Positions 40,101 through 50,310 of a DNA stretch of 64,000 nt are shown here, in pieces. How positions within the stretch are numbered: the stretch's first letter is position 1; each line of letters opens with the position of its first letter. Origin of the DNA: Candidatus Onstottus frigus (GTDB lineage: Bacteria > Acidobacteriota > Blastocatellia > UBA7656). The notes beneath the pieces are model-generated. The model had not been told where the DNA came from. It saw nothing but the letters and a program-made list of their open reading frames with translations, and made no database searches. A program made the translations under genes and the position numbers. The stretch covers positions 301,768-365,767 of the forward strand of contig JBBPIG010000001.1 in NCBI GenBank assembly GCA_038040445.1, written 5' to 3'.

Positions 40101-41204
40101 ATGTCTCTGCCGGTCCAATTAGATTCAAAGCTCACCCATTCGCACATACCCGCGCTTGATGGCTTGCGCGCGGTAGCTGTCTTTCTCGTCATCATTGGAC
40201 ACTTCGGATTTGAGATGGTGCCCGGTGGTCACGGCGTGATGATCTTTTTTGTGCTCAGCGGCTTTCTTATTACCTGGCTCCTTCTGAAGGAGAATGACCG
40301 AAACGGAACGATTTCGCTCGGCGCATTCTACAAGCGCCGGACACTTCGGATCTTCCCCGCTTTTTACGTGTACTGGTTGATCATGGTCGCGCTGCTGCTG
40401 GAGACCGGCCGAACTGTGCTGTGGCCTCACGCGTGGAGCGCGCTCTTCTACACCAGCAACTACTACAACGCAATCAACGGCGATCCTAACAATGGGTTCA
40501 GCCATACATGGTCGCTGGCCATCGAAGAGCAGTTTTATCTTCTATGGCCGTTCGTTTTTCTATTGCTGCGCCGCAACCTCAGAAAGTTGACCGCGTTTCT
40601 CATCGGCTTGATCGGGGCCGTTTGGATTTATCGCGCCGTTCTATGCTACGGATTTCATGTCGATCAAGCGTACATCTACGCTGCATTCGATACGCGTCTT
40701 GATGAATTGATGGTCGGGTGCCTGTTGGCAGTCTTGCTCAAGAGACAGTCGCTTTCATCTCTGTGGCGCGCGGTCTCAGCCAATGCGCTATTGCCGTTCA
40801 TGACCATTGCGCTTCTTGCGACTTCCATCTACGGGGGTGAGCTTTATATAGATAGGTATCGCGACGTCGTCGGTTTCGCGATAGAGCCCTTGCTCGTCGC
40901 GATCCTCGTAGTGCAACTGATCGCTTTCAGCTCGACGCGCTTGTGGGGTTGGACTGAGTGGGGAGTCGTTAGATTCCTCGGACGAATTTCGTATTCGCTT
41001 TATCTCTATCAGCAACTTACTCTGCATGCGGCTCGGAAGGCGCTCGCCGCTTATCCGGTTGTCCTACAATTGGCAGGCGCCATCCTGGTCACAATCATCC
41101 TTGCCACGATCTCGCACTACTTGATCGAGCGGCCCTTCCTGAAGCTCAAATCCACACCACGGCAACTGCCCCAAAAGCTCGCCTGCCCAGCAGTGGCTCG
41201 CTAG
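40101..41204 (+). CDS. acyltransferase family 3 (OafA/YrhL-like) membrane protein
   Basis: HIPALDGLRAVAVFLVIIGH motif, 10 predicted TM segments. 367 aa. Confidence 0.8.
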   Translation: MSLPVQLDSKLTHSHIPALDGLRAVAVFLVIIGHFGFEMVPGGHGVMIFFVLSGFLITWLLLKENDRNGTISLGAFYKRRTLRIFPAFYVYWLIMVALLLETGRTVLWPHAWSALFYTSNYYNAINGDPNNGFSHTWSLAIEEQFYLLWPFVFLLLRRNLRKLTAFLIGLIGAVWIYRAVLCYGFHVDQAYIYAAFDTRLDELMVGCLLAVLLKRQSLSSLWRAVSANALLPFMTIALLATSIYGGELYIDRYRDVVGFAIEPLLVAILVVQLIAFSSTRLWGWTEWGVVRFLGRISYSLYLYQQLTLHAARKALAAYPVVLQLAGAILVTIILATISHYLIERPFLKLKSTPRQLPQKLACPAVAR

Positions 41205-41221
41205 GCCGGCGCAACACCGCA

Positions 41222-41986
41222 CTAGTCTATCGGACGGACGGGGCCATCGGTGCGGCCAAGCGTCTTTGATTGGCCTGGCTCATTGTCAGAATCTGCTGGA
41301 GGAGAGTTGGGTTCAGACTGCGCCGCCGGAGCGGGTTGCGATGCTGTCCGTTCGGTCTGACTCGAGGCCTGGCCGCCGGTGCCGCTTTGCTTGTACCTCG
41401 AAAGGATATCTTCAACTCGCGCTCGGGCTCGTTCCGCTTCGAGTTCGCGCTCCGCTTCGGCTACTCGAGCATCGGTCGAGAACCCACCTGAACTTTTTAT
41501 GCGCCCCCGCATTTCTTCGATAGTCGCGGCCGGATCCGTGCTGTCAAATGGCCTTTGTATGGAAGACAGGTTCTCGCGCATCGAGGTCATGTAAGTCTCG
41601 GTCGCGAGGTCCTCGCCTAGAAGCCGCCGCTCCTCGCGCAGGGCGCGTGCGCGTTCAGCAGCCGCGTTAGCTTCGCCGAGATGCTGCTTGATCAAATCGC
41701 GTTCGGCGGCGAGCGTGACAAGCTGGCTTCCGGCAGTCGATGCCGAAGCATCATCGCCTCGTTCTCGTGCTATTCGCTCGCGCTCGGCTACCCCCAAGAT
41801 CTTCAGCCCGACCTCGGCCAATTCCTTCTCCAGCACCTTAGCCGAAGCGCGGGTCTGAACCTCAAGTTCGTTCAGGCGCGCGAGTTCCGCGCGCGTCACG
41901 CCACGCGCCTCTCGGTCGGGACCACTGACTCGCTGGATCAAGTCGTCGAGATAAGAATTGATGAGTCGCTTCGTGCGGTGCCACAT
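41222..41986 (-). CDS. PspA/IM30 (VIPP1) family protein
   Basis: MWHRTKRLINSYLDDLIQRVSGPDREARGVTRAELARLNELEVQ. Long amphipathic coiled coil and Ala/Gln/Ser-rich tail. Confidence 0.8.
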   Translation of the reverse strand: MWHRTKRLINSYLDDLIQRVSGPDREARGVTRAELARLNELEVQTRASAKVLEKELAEVGLKILGVAERERIARERGDDASASTAGSQLVTLAAERDLIKQHLGEANAAAERARALREERRLLGEDLATETYMTSMRENLSSIQRPFDSTDPAATIEEMRGRIKSSGGFSTDARVAEAERELEAERARARVEDILSRYKQSGTGGQASSQTERTASQPAPAAQSEPNSPPADSDNEPGQSKTLGRTDGPVRPID

Positions 41987-42069
41987 GGTTCGGTCTTTGG
42001 AGTGGATCTACTGTCGCCGCTCTTCCGTGATCCGAAGGGCGGCGACAAGTCGCCGCCCGCACATGGTTG

Positions 42070-42834
42070 CTATTGGCCGGGAGGCTTCCTGTCGGACGGT
42101 TGAGCAGGTTTCGCGTCATCTTGCTGTATCGACCGAGGCGGCGACCCCGCCTGAACGACGGGCAAGGTAATCGGCTTCACGAACTTCACGCGGAAGATCG
42201 CTCCGGGCGCCACGAAGACTTCCCCGCCCTTGGTCAGCAACAGACCACCGAGCAGGCCACCTCCGAGCGAGGCTGCGCCGGCGCCCAGTCCGCCGCCCGA
42301 GAGTATCACCACGCCTGCGCCTGCGCCGCCGATCACCCCGCCGCGCTCAACATTGCGCGCCGTATTCTCGCCTTTGTGTCCGCCTTTGACTTTGCCTTCG
42401 CTGTCGGCGTTTAGCTTCTCGTTCTTGTCCCAGTCGTCAAGCGATGTGACGACGACCGACACCGGTTCTTCGCCCCAGGACAAGACGATTCTTTCGAAAG
42501 CTATGGCGATGCTCCCCTGCTTCTGGGGGCGCCGGGCCGGGGTGACTTGCGTAACCCGCCCTATGAACTCAGTGCCGCGCGGCAGCACAAGCTGGTCATT
42601 GACGTATAGCGGTTCGTCTATTACAGCTCTCACCGGATCGCCTGGCTCGCTCAGCTTCGAGCTGAGTCGAGTTTGAAGAACGATCTTGGCCTTGGTTTCG
42701 GGTTCGATTGTCGCCTCGCGCGCTGCCTGCGAGCGCGCGGGCACGGCGCCGAGCGCTATCAAAGCGCAAAGGGTGATAGAACAGAAATACCTTCTCATAG
42801 AATTACCTCCTGGCTGGCCCTCGGTAGCGATCAC
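42070..42834 (-). CDS. secreted protein with glycine-zipper (GxxxG-rich) segment, immediately upstream of pspA
   Basis: Signal peptide. C-terminal GGVIGGAGAGVVILSGGGLGAGAASLGGGLLGGLLL glycine-zipper-like hydrophobic stretch. Confidence 0.5.
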   Translation of the reverse strand: MIATEGQPGGNSMRRYFCSITLCALIALGAVPARSQAAREATIEPETKAKIVLQTRLSSKLSEPGDPVRAVIDEPLYVNDQLVLPRGTEFIGRVTQVTPARRPQKQGSIAIAFERIVLSWGEEPVSVVVTSLDDWDKNEKLNADSEGKVKGGHKGENTARNVERGGVIGGAGAGVVILSGGGLGAGAASLGGGLLGGLLLTKGGEVFVAPGAIFRVKFVKPITLPVVQAGSPPRSIQQDDAKPAQPSDRKPPGQ

Positions 42835-42905
42835 CTTCGATGTTAGTTCACCGGTCGGAGCGTGGTCAAGAAATACTGGTGCATCGTCTTTTCCGTGAGT
42901 GCGAG

Positions 42906-44300
42906 CTATTCGCCGATTGCTTTCCTTATGACGTCCGCAAGCCGGTTCGCTTGTTCCGTGATCTCAAGCTCGTTCTCGCCTTCGATCATTACGCGCGCCA
43001 GATTTTCCGTGCCGGAATATCGCACCAGCAGTCGCCCTCGATCTTGCAGATCGCGCTCTAACCGCTCAATCTCGCCTTTGACTTCGGGAAGCGTTTCAAG
43101 CGACGGCTTGTCGACAACGCGGACGTTCACGAGCACCTGCGGGTAACGAGTCATCTGAGCTGCAAGCCGGCCAAGCGGAAAACCCGCATCGCGCACGGCA
43201 CGAAGCACCTCGATGGCGGTGATCATCCCGTCCCCGGCAAGCGAGATATCCGGGAAGATGATGTGCCCCGACTGCTCGCCGCCGAGCTTTGCATTGCGTG
43301 CCAGTAGTTCCTCGAGAACGTACCGGTCGCCCACTTGCGCCCGCACTAACTCTACTCCCCTTTTACGCAGCGCTATCTCGAGGCCGATGTTGCTCATGAC
43401 CGTGGAAACCACTCGGTTGCCTGCCAGTAGCCCGCGTTTCTTTAAATCATCCGCCAGAATCAACAGTGTTGCGTCGCCGTCCACCAGTCTTCCGCCTTCG
43501 TCGACGAACAGCGCGCGATCGGCATCGCCGTCGAAAGCAATCCCAAGATCGAGCCGTCGATCGACGACCAATCGTTGCAAGCCTTCAAGGTAAAGCGATC
43601 CGCATCCTTCGTTGATGTTCCGGCCGTCGGGCTCGGCAGAAATGACCTCGACTTGCGCGCCGAGACGATCAAATAACGCCGGCGCAATAGCGGATGCTGC
43701 TCCGTTAGCGCAGTCCAAGCCCAGCCTTAGCCCTTCGAATCTCAAACCCCGGCCCACTTCCGCGGCAAGGTAGTGGATATAACGCTCCTGATACTCCCTT
43801 TCCGCTGTCGCTTGATCGTGAAGCCAGTCGAGCTGCCCCTTGTGATGGTTCTGCTCGGCGGCCACGTCGGCCGGGCCGGCGATATCCGCTTCTATCCGGC
43901 GCTCCATATCGTCGGCGAGTTTCCTGCCTGACGTAGAGAACACCTTGATGCCGTTGTCTCGATACGGATTGTGGGATGCCGATATCACGATGCCCGCGTC
44001 GAACGGGGTCGTGCGGGCGATGTAAGCAACACCCGGCGTGGTGATAACTCCTGCTGACCTCACGGTCGCTCCGGCGGCCGTAGCGCCGGCTGCGAGCGTC
44101 ATCTCGATCTGCGGCCCCGACTCCCTCGTGTCGCGGCCAATCAATATGCTGGGCGCACGGTCAAGCTCTCGGGCAAGGTTCAAAACAAGTGATCTTCCAA
44201 TCAATGCCACCGTTTTGTCATCGAGCGGAAATCTGCCTGCGATCCCTCGAATCCCATCGGTCCCGAACAGTCTTTGTCTCGCGGCTCCCAGCATCAACAA
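42906..44300 (-). CDS. glmM: phosphoglucosamine mutase
   Basis: FGTDGIRG N-terminal motif, active-site serine loop SASHNPYRDNGIK. 464 aa. Confidence 0.9.
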   Translation of the reverse strand: MLMLGAARQRLFGTDGIRGIAGRFPLDDKTVALIGRSLVLNLARELDRAPSILIGRDTRESGPQIEMTLAAGATAAGATVRSAGVITTPGVAYIARTTPFDAGIVISASHNPYRDNGIKVFSTSGRKLADDMERRIEADIAGPADVAAEQNHHKGQLDWLHDQATAEREYQERYIHYLAAEVGRGLRFEGLRLGLDCANGAASAIAPALFDRLGAQVEVISAEPDGRNINEGCGSLYLEGLQRLVVDRRLDLGIAFDGDADRALFVDEGGRLVDGDATLLILADDLKKRGLLAGNRVVSTVMSNIGLEIALRKRGVELVRAQVGDRYVLEELLARNAKLGGEQSGHIIFPDISLAGDGMITAIEVLRAVRDAGFPLGRLAAQMTRYPQVLVNVRVVDKPSLETLPEVKGEIERLERDLQDRGRLLVRYSGTENLARVMIEGENELEITEQANRLADVIRKAIGE

Positions 44301-44350
44301 ATGCTCCTTTGCAAATGTACCGCAGGTTGATTGCTTTTTATTGAGACAGC

Positions 44351-45310
44351 TTACCTGACTCGAACTGTCTGAGGCGTGACCGACCGCACCACGACCCGGT
44401 TCTCGAACCCCGGCGAAAGCGTGACCTTAGGGATGACCATCCCCGGCGCGCCTCGATACTCTACACTAACGCTGACATCGGACGCGGTCATGTCATCGAC
44501 TGCCGAGCGCGCGCCGTAGACCGTCACCTTGACAAGCCTTGGTATCGCGCGCGCGCGACCAGGGGAGCCGAGTAGAGCAACGGGAACGTCGTCGATGACG
44601 CGCTCCTTTTGAACCTCGCCGATGTTGACCGTGAGCATGACCTTGCGGCCGCTGTCCTCGCTTATACTCAGATTAGGCGACCCGATGTCGATGGCCACCG
44701 GCGCGCTGAACGTGGCGGTCTTGTCTGTGAGCCTGACAGTCTCGGTCGAGACTTCGGTGATCTCACGCATTTGGCTTTCCGCGCCGGCGATTTTGACAGT
44801 GTAGGGAATAATCTGCCAGTCGATCACTTGATAGCCGATCGGCGGCTCGCCTTCGAATCTGGGAACTACGGGCACTTCCCTTTCAACCACACGCTCGACG
44901 GTTACGGTGATTGCCGGCGGCTCAATCTCCTTCATCCTGACGTTCGCGGGCAAACGGTTGATCTCGACCTTGAGCGGTATCACTCTGACACCGGGCTCAA
45001 CTCCGGACATATCGGCAGTCACCGCCAACTGTCCAGCTCGAAGCGTATCAACCACATCGCGCGACCCTTCAATATAGACCCGTGCCACAAGCGGCGGATA
45101 CTTCGAGGGCGTCAGGTTGGGAGAGAGATTGGAAAACTCGATCGGCACGCCGTTTAATGCGACCTGACTGACCGGCCGCGACGCCACCGAAAGCCACAAC
45201 ACACCGGTGATCAACAGCGCCAGTACCTTTAGGCTGGTGTTCTCGAGCACGTAGTCCCTGCCGTACTCTTTCAGCGCTTTCAAATAGTCATTCATCCAGT
45301 GCATCGCCAT
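44351..45310 (-). CDS. cdaR: YbbR-domain protein CdaR (regulator of diadenylate cyclase)
   Basis: N-terminal TM helix followed by repeated YbbR-like beta domains. Start taken at MAMHWMND (the track ORF is longer). Gene order cdaA-cdaR-glmM. Confidence 0.7.
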   Translation of the reverse strand: MAMHWMNDYLKALKEYGRDYVLENTSLKVLALLITGVLWLSVASRPVSQVALNGVPIEFSNLSPNLTPSKYPPLVARVYIEGSRDVVDTLRAGQLAVTADMSGVEPGVRVIPLKVEINRLPANVRMKEIEPPAITVTVERVVEREVPVVPRFEGEPPIGYQVIDWQIIPYTVKIAGAESQMREITEVSTETVRLTDKTATFSAPVAIDIGSPNLSISEDSGRKVMLTVNIGEVQKERVIDDVPVALLGSPGRARAIPRLVKVTVYGARSAVDDMTASDVSVSVEYRGAPGMVIPKVTLSPGFENRVVVRSVTPQTVRVR

Positions 45311-45314
45311 GCTC

Positions 45315-46193
45315 TTACTTGATATAGGTCTCGCTGACTTGCTCTCGTGAGGTATCGGCCGGCAATTCAGCCTTGCGGCGCGCGCGGCGGGCAGGACGAA
45401 CGGCTTCAACAAGCCGCCGCTGGGGTTCCAGCGCGTTGCGAATCAAATCGCGAAGTGAAGTGCTGTTGAGGTAGCGAGTGATCTCGCCGTTCTGAACGAA
45501 TGAGATGACGCCGGTCTCCTCGCTCACCACTATGGCGGCCGCGTCGGTGTCTTCAGTGACGCCTATGGCTGCTCGATGGCGCGTGCCCAGCTCCTTAGAC
45601 AACCTGGGATTGAGCGTGAGCGGAAGAAAGCAGCTAGCAGCTTCGACTCGGTAGTTGCGAATGATGACTGCGCCGTCGTGCAGCGGAGTGTGCTCATCGA
45701 AGATCGTCACCAGCAGGTCGTACGAAAGCACAGCCGCAAGCGCCACGCCGGTGTCAATATAGTTCTGCAGCCCAACGTTTCGCTCGAGCACGATCAGGGC
45801 GCCTACTTTTCTAGACGAGAGCGTCATCGCGGCAAGCACTATGTCATCGTAGGCTTCGTGGCTCGCCTTTGAGTGCCCGAACCGGAACGGGCCCAGGTTC
45901 GATCCTACTCGCATCAACGCCGAACGTATCTCAGGTGCGAAGATCACCAATATCGCAAATCCGAAGTACAGCAACGTATTCCGCATGACGAATTGGAGCG
46001 TTTCGAGCCCCAGTAGTACAGAAAGCTGGTAAAGCAGACCTACTCCGAGTAGACCGACAGCCATTTGCACGGCCCGGGTGCCGCGCACAAGTTTGAGCAG
46101 TCCGTAGATGATCGCCCAGACAATGACGAAGTCAATCAGATCGGTGATTCGAAGTTGCTCTAGAAATCTGAGTAGCTCTTCGGAACGGCTCAT
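45315..46193 (-). CDS. cdaA: diadenylate cyclase CdaA (DisA_N/DAC domain, membrane-anchored)
   Basis: Three N-terminal TM helices, then a DAC domain with conserved DGA and RHR-like motifs (TPLHDGAVII, GTRHRAAIG). Start taken at MSRSEELL (46193). Confidence 0.8.
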   Translation of the reverse strand: MSRSEELLRFLEQLRITDLIDFVIVWAIIYGLLKLVRGTRAVQMAVGLLGVGLLYQLSVLLGLETLQFVMRNTLLYFGFAILVIFAPEIRSALMRVGSNLGPFRFGHSKASHEAYDDIVLAAMTLSSRKVGALIVLERNVGLQNYIDTGVALAAVLSYDLLVTIFDEHTPLHDGAVIIRNYRVEAASCFLPLTLNPRLSKELGTRHRAAIGVTEDTDAAAIVVSEETGVISFVQNGEITRYLNSTSLRDLIRNALEPQRRLVEAVRPARRARRKAELPADTSREQVSETYIK

Positions 46194-46800
46194 ATCAATA
46201 CCGCTGCTCTTACGCCTGCAGACAAGGAACCGGATTAGCCGGGGATCTTCGAGGGGCTTCCACTCGCATCTCGCACCGGCCTGTTCGGAGTCTCTACGGT
46301 GGCACTTATCTGAACCCGAGTGGGCGCTACGCGAAATGGCGGAGGAGCGCATTCACACAACGCCGGTTTGTCCCATCGTCTATTACGACAGCTTGCTGCG
46401 GATGATCCGAAGATCGCCATCCGTGAACTCGCGGCAACCCTGCGCCACATCTTGCGTGTGGATTCCACCGGCTTCTCAACCAGCGCCCGACGATAGACTC
46501 TGTTCGTATGGTATCCGTCGCGCTCCGCAGAATCAAGCGTCTCATACTTTTGGCATCCAGGTTGCTCGGTGATTGGGTGCCTGTATCCCAGGCATTCACA
46601 TTTGGGTGATCAACAATGACGGTAAGGCTAGTCAAACGAGAACAGGTCGATCGTGAGAGCGAGAAGCAAGCACAGCCGCCTTCGGCGACTCAATTGTTCC
46701 TGACAACACAGGGCTGGGTTGAAGAGTTCAAGTCGCGCAAAGCTACAACCAAACACTCTCTCTTGAGCCTGCTTAGACGCGACTGAATGAGAGGGCGAGT

Positions 46801-48378
46801 TTATTCGGCGCCCGTATTGGCGACGGCCCCGGGCTCGTCGAACGGCCACTCGCGCCGCCGCCTCGACCTCACCAGATAGATCGCGGAACCAATCATCACC
46901 AGCATAAGCGCAAGCCAGATCGGCTGCATCGACTTCGGCCGCATCACCAGTACATAAACAAACCCGAGGAAGGCAAGCACTGACGGGATCGGATACAGCC
47001 ACATTCGAAATGGGCGCGGCATATCGGGCCGCCTTACGCGGAGTACGATCACGCCGACTATCTGGGCGAGAAACTGAACCATGATCCTTATCACCACCAG
47101 CGCGGTGATCACGTCTTTGAGCTTAAGCAGACAAGCCGCCGCCGCAACTCCTCCCATCACAAGAAGCGAGACGTATGGAAACCTGTGCTTCGGATGAACT
47201 CGCGCGAACGACTTGAAGTAATTGCCGTCCACTGCCGCAGCGTAGGGTACGCGCGAATACCCAAGCATGAGCGAGAAGACCGATGCGAACGCCGTCCACA
47301 TGATCAGCAGGCTCGCCAGCACACCGGCCCAGTGGCCGTACAATAGCTCCATCAGCGTGGAAATGATGTGGCTGCGCACGGCTTCGTTCTCGGGCTTGGC
47401 TGTTTCGTTCAGCTCCTGCCACGGGATCACGCCCAGGATGCTGATGTTCATCACGATATAGATCGCCGCCACCGCGACTATCGAGTAGATGATCGCGCGA
47501 GGAATCACGCGGCCCGGGTCTTTCACCTCGCCGCCAAAGAAGCAGACGTTGTAGTAGCCCCAGTAGTCGTAAACCGCCACCAGCATTGCCGCGCCCAGAC
47601 CTTGGAAGAAAGCGAGGGACGGAGTGAAAGCGTTCGGCGGATAGTCGAAGGCGCGCGCTTTGTCGAAGTTCGAGACGCCCGCAACGATCACCCACAACAC
47701 TGTCACCAGCACGCCTACCCACAAGAACCCTGCGAGACGGCCGATGATCGTGATCTTGCGATAAAGCAGAAACACCGCTACTGCGACGGTGCCCATCGCC
47801 ACCAACGTTCCGGCGGTCATTGCCACGCTCAGGTCAAGCGCGCCGATCACTGGAATCTGGATTTGGGCGGTCTTCGCGAAGAAGGTCTTGTTCAGGCCCG
47901 GCCAGATGAATGCGGCGTATTGCGATAAGCCTATGCAGCCTGAAGCGATCGAAAGCGGCGCGCTGAATGTGAGTTGCCAGATGAACAAAAACGAGATCAT
48001 CCGGCCAAGCTTGGCAGGGTTGTAGATCTCTTTCAGATAGCGATACGATCCGCCCGAGCGTGGCATCGCGGCTCCAAGCTCCGCCCAAACCAAGCCGTCG
48101 CACATGACCAGCAGCGCGCCGAATATCCACCCGAGCATCGCTTGAGGTCCACCCATCGCCGCGACGATCAGCGGTATGGTAATGAACGGACCGACGCCGA
48201 TCATGTCGATCATGTTCAGCCTGGTAGCGCTTGCAAGGCCGACGCCGCGAATCAATTGAGGATCACCGTCCGCGGCTTGAACAGCTTCGGAACTCACTTC
48301 AGAGATTTTTTGATTTGGTTCTTGCGGGTTGGTGCTGGTGGCCATTTCGAGTCCGTTCGACTGCGATCGCTCTGCCAT
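46801..48378 (-). CDS. APC-superfamily amino acid permease
   Basis: 12 predicted TM segments, GxG motifs typical of the APC family. 525 aa. Confidence 0.8.
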   Translation of the reverse strand: MAERSQSNGLEMATSTNPQEPNQKISEVSSEAVQAADGDPQLIRGVGLASATRLNMIDMIGVGPFITIPLIVAAMGGPQAMLGWIFGALLVMCDGLVWAELGAAMPRSGGSYRYLKEIYNPAKLGRMISFLFIWQLTFSAPLSIASGCIGLSQYAAFIWPGLNKTFFAKTAQIQIPVIGALDLSVAMTAGTLVAMGTVAVAVFLLYRKITIIGRLAGFLWVGVLVTVLWVIVAGVSNFDKARAFDYPPNAFTPSLAFFQGLGAAMLVAVYDYWGYYNVCFFGGEVKDPGRVIPRAIIYSIVAVAAIYIVMNISILGVIPWQELNETAKPENEAVRSHIISTLMELLYGHWAGVLASLLIMWTAFASVFSLMLGYSRVPYAAAVDGNYFKSFARVHPKHRFPYVSLLVMGGVAAAACLLKLKDVITALVVIRIMVQFLAQIVGVIVLRVRRPDMPRPFRMWLYPIPSVLAFLGFVYVLVMRPKSMQPIWLALMLVMIGSAIYLVRSRRRREWPFDEPGAVANTGAE

Positions 48379-48494
48379 CGGCCTGAGGCCCCAGCCGAAA
48401 GCGATCTAAACGCCGCGTTCGCTGTACTCGCAAGAGATGGCGTAGAGAGTGTAAACCAAAACGGGATGAGCGAAAAATCGATTTACTGTCTGTT

Positions 48495-49391
48495 CTACTG
48501 GCTTACCCTCCGTTGCCCTGAGCCTGGTTGCCCTGACCCTGGTTGCCCTGACCCTACTTGAAAGTTCCTCGGGATGTAGATGAAGACCCAGTCTTCGTAC
48601 TTGTCGAGTCCGAAGTATGAGGTCGTCGCCTTGCCTTTCTTTTTCGACGCGACACCTACAATTGGAACGCTGTTGTGGCCCGGACCGCCAGATTCAAAAA
48701 AGCGAGCGAACGGATCGTTGGTCGCCTCGTCGTCATCGTCATCATCGTCGTCGTCAGGTTTCTGGTCAGGCGGCTTGACTTGAGGGTTACCGGGGTTTGC
48801 TGGATTGGGAGGAGTCGGCTGCCCTGGCGCGGCGGCGCCCGGCGATTGAATTGGCGTCGATGGTTCTGATTTCTCGAAGGCGCTTCGCTGGAGCGGCGGA
48901 CCGGCAATAAGAAAGTAATCCTGACTGATCTTGACTGTTCCCGTTGCTGCTAACCAGGCCTGCAGGAATCTCATGACCCTCGGGTCGCGCGCGCGTATGG
49001 GCTCCCAATCGGAGCTAAACATCGGGTCTATCATCGCCGATGGTCTCACGAATTTTATTTCTTTGACCCCCAGCGTAACCCCTTCGCGCAGTTTAGCCAG
49101 CTCTGTGAGCGGGCCGTATGGAGTTGTCAGAAGAAGCTGAACCTGAAGCGGCTGAAGCGTGCCGCGGCCGTAGTAGCGAGCGACTCCTTCCGCCATCTGC
49201 GTGCCCCGGTAGATCATCTCGGCTTCTTTGTCGCGCTGGACCTGCATCTGAACATTAGGAACTACAGACGAAACAAGCACGATGCTCATCACGCCGAGCG
49301 CTAACAGCAACCCGAGCAACGCCCAGCCTTGCTCGTTTGAGCTTGCCCGATCGCGATTATCCACCAAACTTGGAACTTCGAAAAGCATCAT
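48495..49391 (-). CDS. membrane-anchored hypothetical protein with Pro-rich and poly-Asp (D9) tracts
   Basis: Start taken at MMLFEV (49391), abutting the upstream stop. Single TM, not prepilin-like (no G-F-T-L-I-E motif). Low-complexity C-terminus. Confidence 0.4.
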   Translation of the reverse strand: MMLFEVPSLVDNRDRASSNEQGWALLGLLLALGVMSIVLVSSVVPNVQMQVQRDKEAEMIYRGTQMAEGVARYYGRGTLQPLQVQLLLTTPYGPLTELAKLREGVTLGVKEIKFVRPSAMIDPMFSSDWEPIRARDPRVMRFLQAWLAATGTVKISQDYFLIAGPPLQRSAFEKSEPSTPIQSPGAAAPGQPTPPNPANPGNPQVKPPDQKPDDDDDDDDDEATNDPFARFFESGGPGHNSVPIVGVASKKKGKATTSYFGLDKYEDWVFIYIPRNFQVGSGQPGSGQPGSGQRRVSQ

Positions 49392-50272
49392 CTCACCTTG
49401 TCTTGGAGAGGCACGCGCCGCTTGATGCCGTACTGTGTGTGGGTGACATCGACGCTGTCGGCTGATATTGCATCGATCTTCCATACTCCGGTTATCGTGT
49501 CGCCAACTTTCGCTCGAGTAACCTCTCGCGTTGTGCTGACTTCAAACACTGCGTAGTTATACTGCGGCTGATTGAGGGTGCCCAATCTTCCCTTGTAAAT
49601 AAACTGGGGCTCAGGCGACGGCTGAACGACGAATGGTATCGAGTTCGAGTTCTCAGCCGGGTTGCTTTGGGACTTCACTTCCACGTTGATGTTGCGTGCA
49701 AGACTGTAGTCCCCGGATACCATTTCCGTCGAAAGCTGCGTATCGCTCACGCGCTTGGTGACCCTTGGCGCGCCGTCGAAGAGTATCTGCGCATCGGCAG
49801 GAATCTTGTTGCCGCTAACCAATATCGTGAACGAACGAGGAGTGCCCGCCACTGCTGACTGAGGCTGCATCGACACAAGTTGAATTGGAGGAGGAGGAGG
49901 AGGCGGCGGCGGCGGCGTTGGCGGCGGAACATAATAAGCAAAGATATTTCCGCGGCTACCGGGCGCGCTTGGACCTCCCCCGCTGGAAGCCAACCTCAAG
50001 TTGAGCGGCGTCAGGTCGGAGAGCAATTGCTGCATCTGCGCTTCCTGCTGCGCGGCGGCACCCAATCGTCGGGGTGGCGGGACCGTGGATGACGACGCCG
50101 TCGCCGGAAGCGGCGCGCCAGGCGTGTTGGCTACGGTTTGAGTGCCGCGCTTTGACTTGGGAGTAGAGCCACTGTTTAAGATCTGATAGACGAAGACGGC
50201 CGCGAGAATAACCCCCAGCCCGGCCAGGAGGATACGTTTTGTTTTTTCTGATGATGAAGTTCGCTTGGCCAT
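49388..50272 (-). CDS. membrane-anchored hypothetical protein with P10 tract (PilP-like position)
   Basis: N-terminal TM, PPPPPPPPPP linker encoded by a (GGA)n(GGC)n trinucleotide run, beta-rich C-terminal domain. Confidence 0.4.
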   Translation of the reverse strand: MAKRTSSSEKTKRILLAGLGVILAAVFVYQILNSGSTPKSKRGTQTVANTPGAPLPATASSSTVPPPRRLGAAAQQEAQMQQLLSDLTPLNLRLASSGGGPSAPGSRGNIFAYYVPPPTPPPPPPPPPPIQLVSMQPQSAVAGTPRSFTILVSGNKIPADAQILFDGAPRVTKRVSDTQLSTEMVSGDYSLARNINVEVKSQSNPAENSNSIPFVVQPSPEPQFIYKGRLGTLNQPQYNYAVFEVSTTREVTRAKVGDTITGVWKIDAISADSVDVTHTQYGIKRRVPLQDKVR

Positions 50273-50310
50273 TCGTTCCTTCTCGATAGCGGATACATCC
50301 AGAGTCCAGG

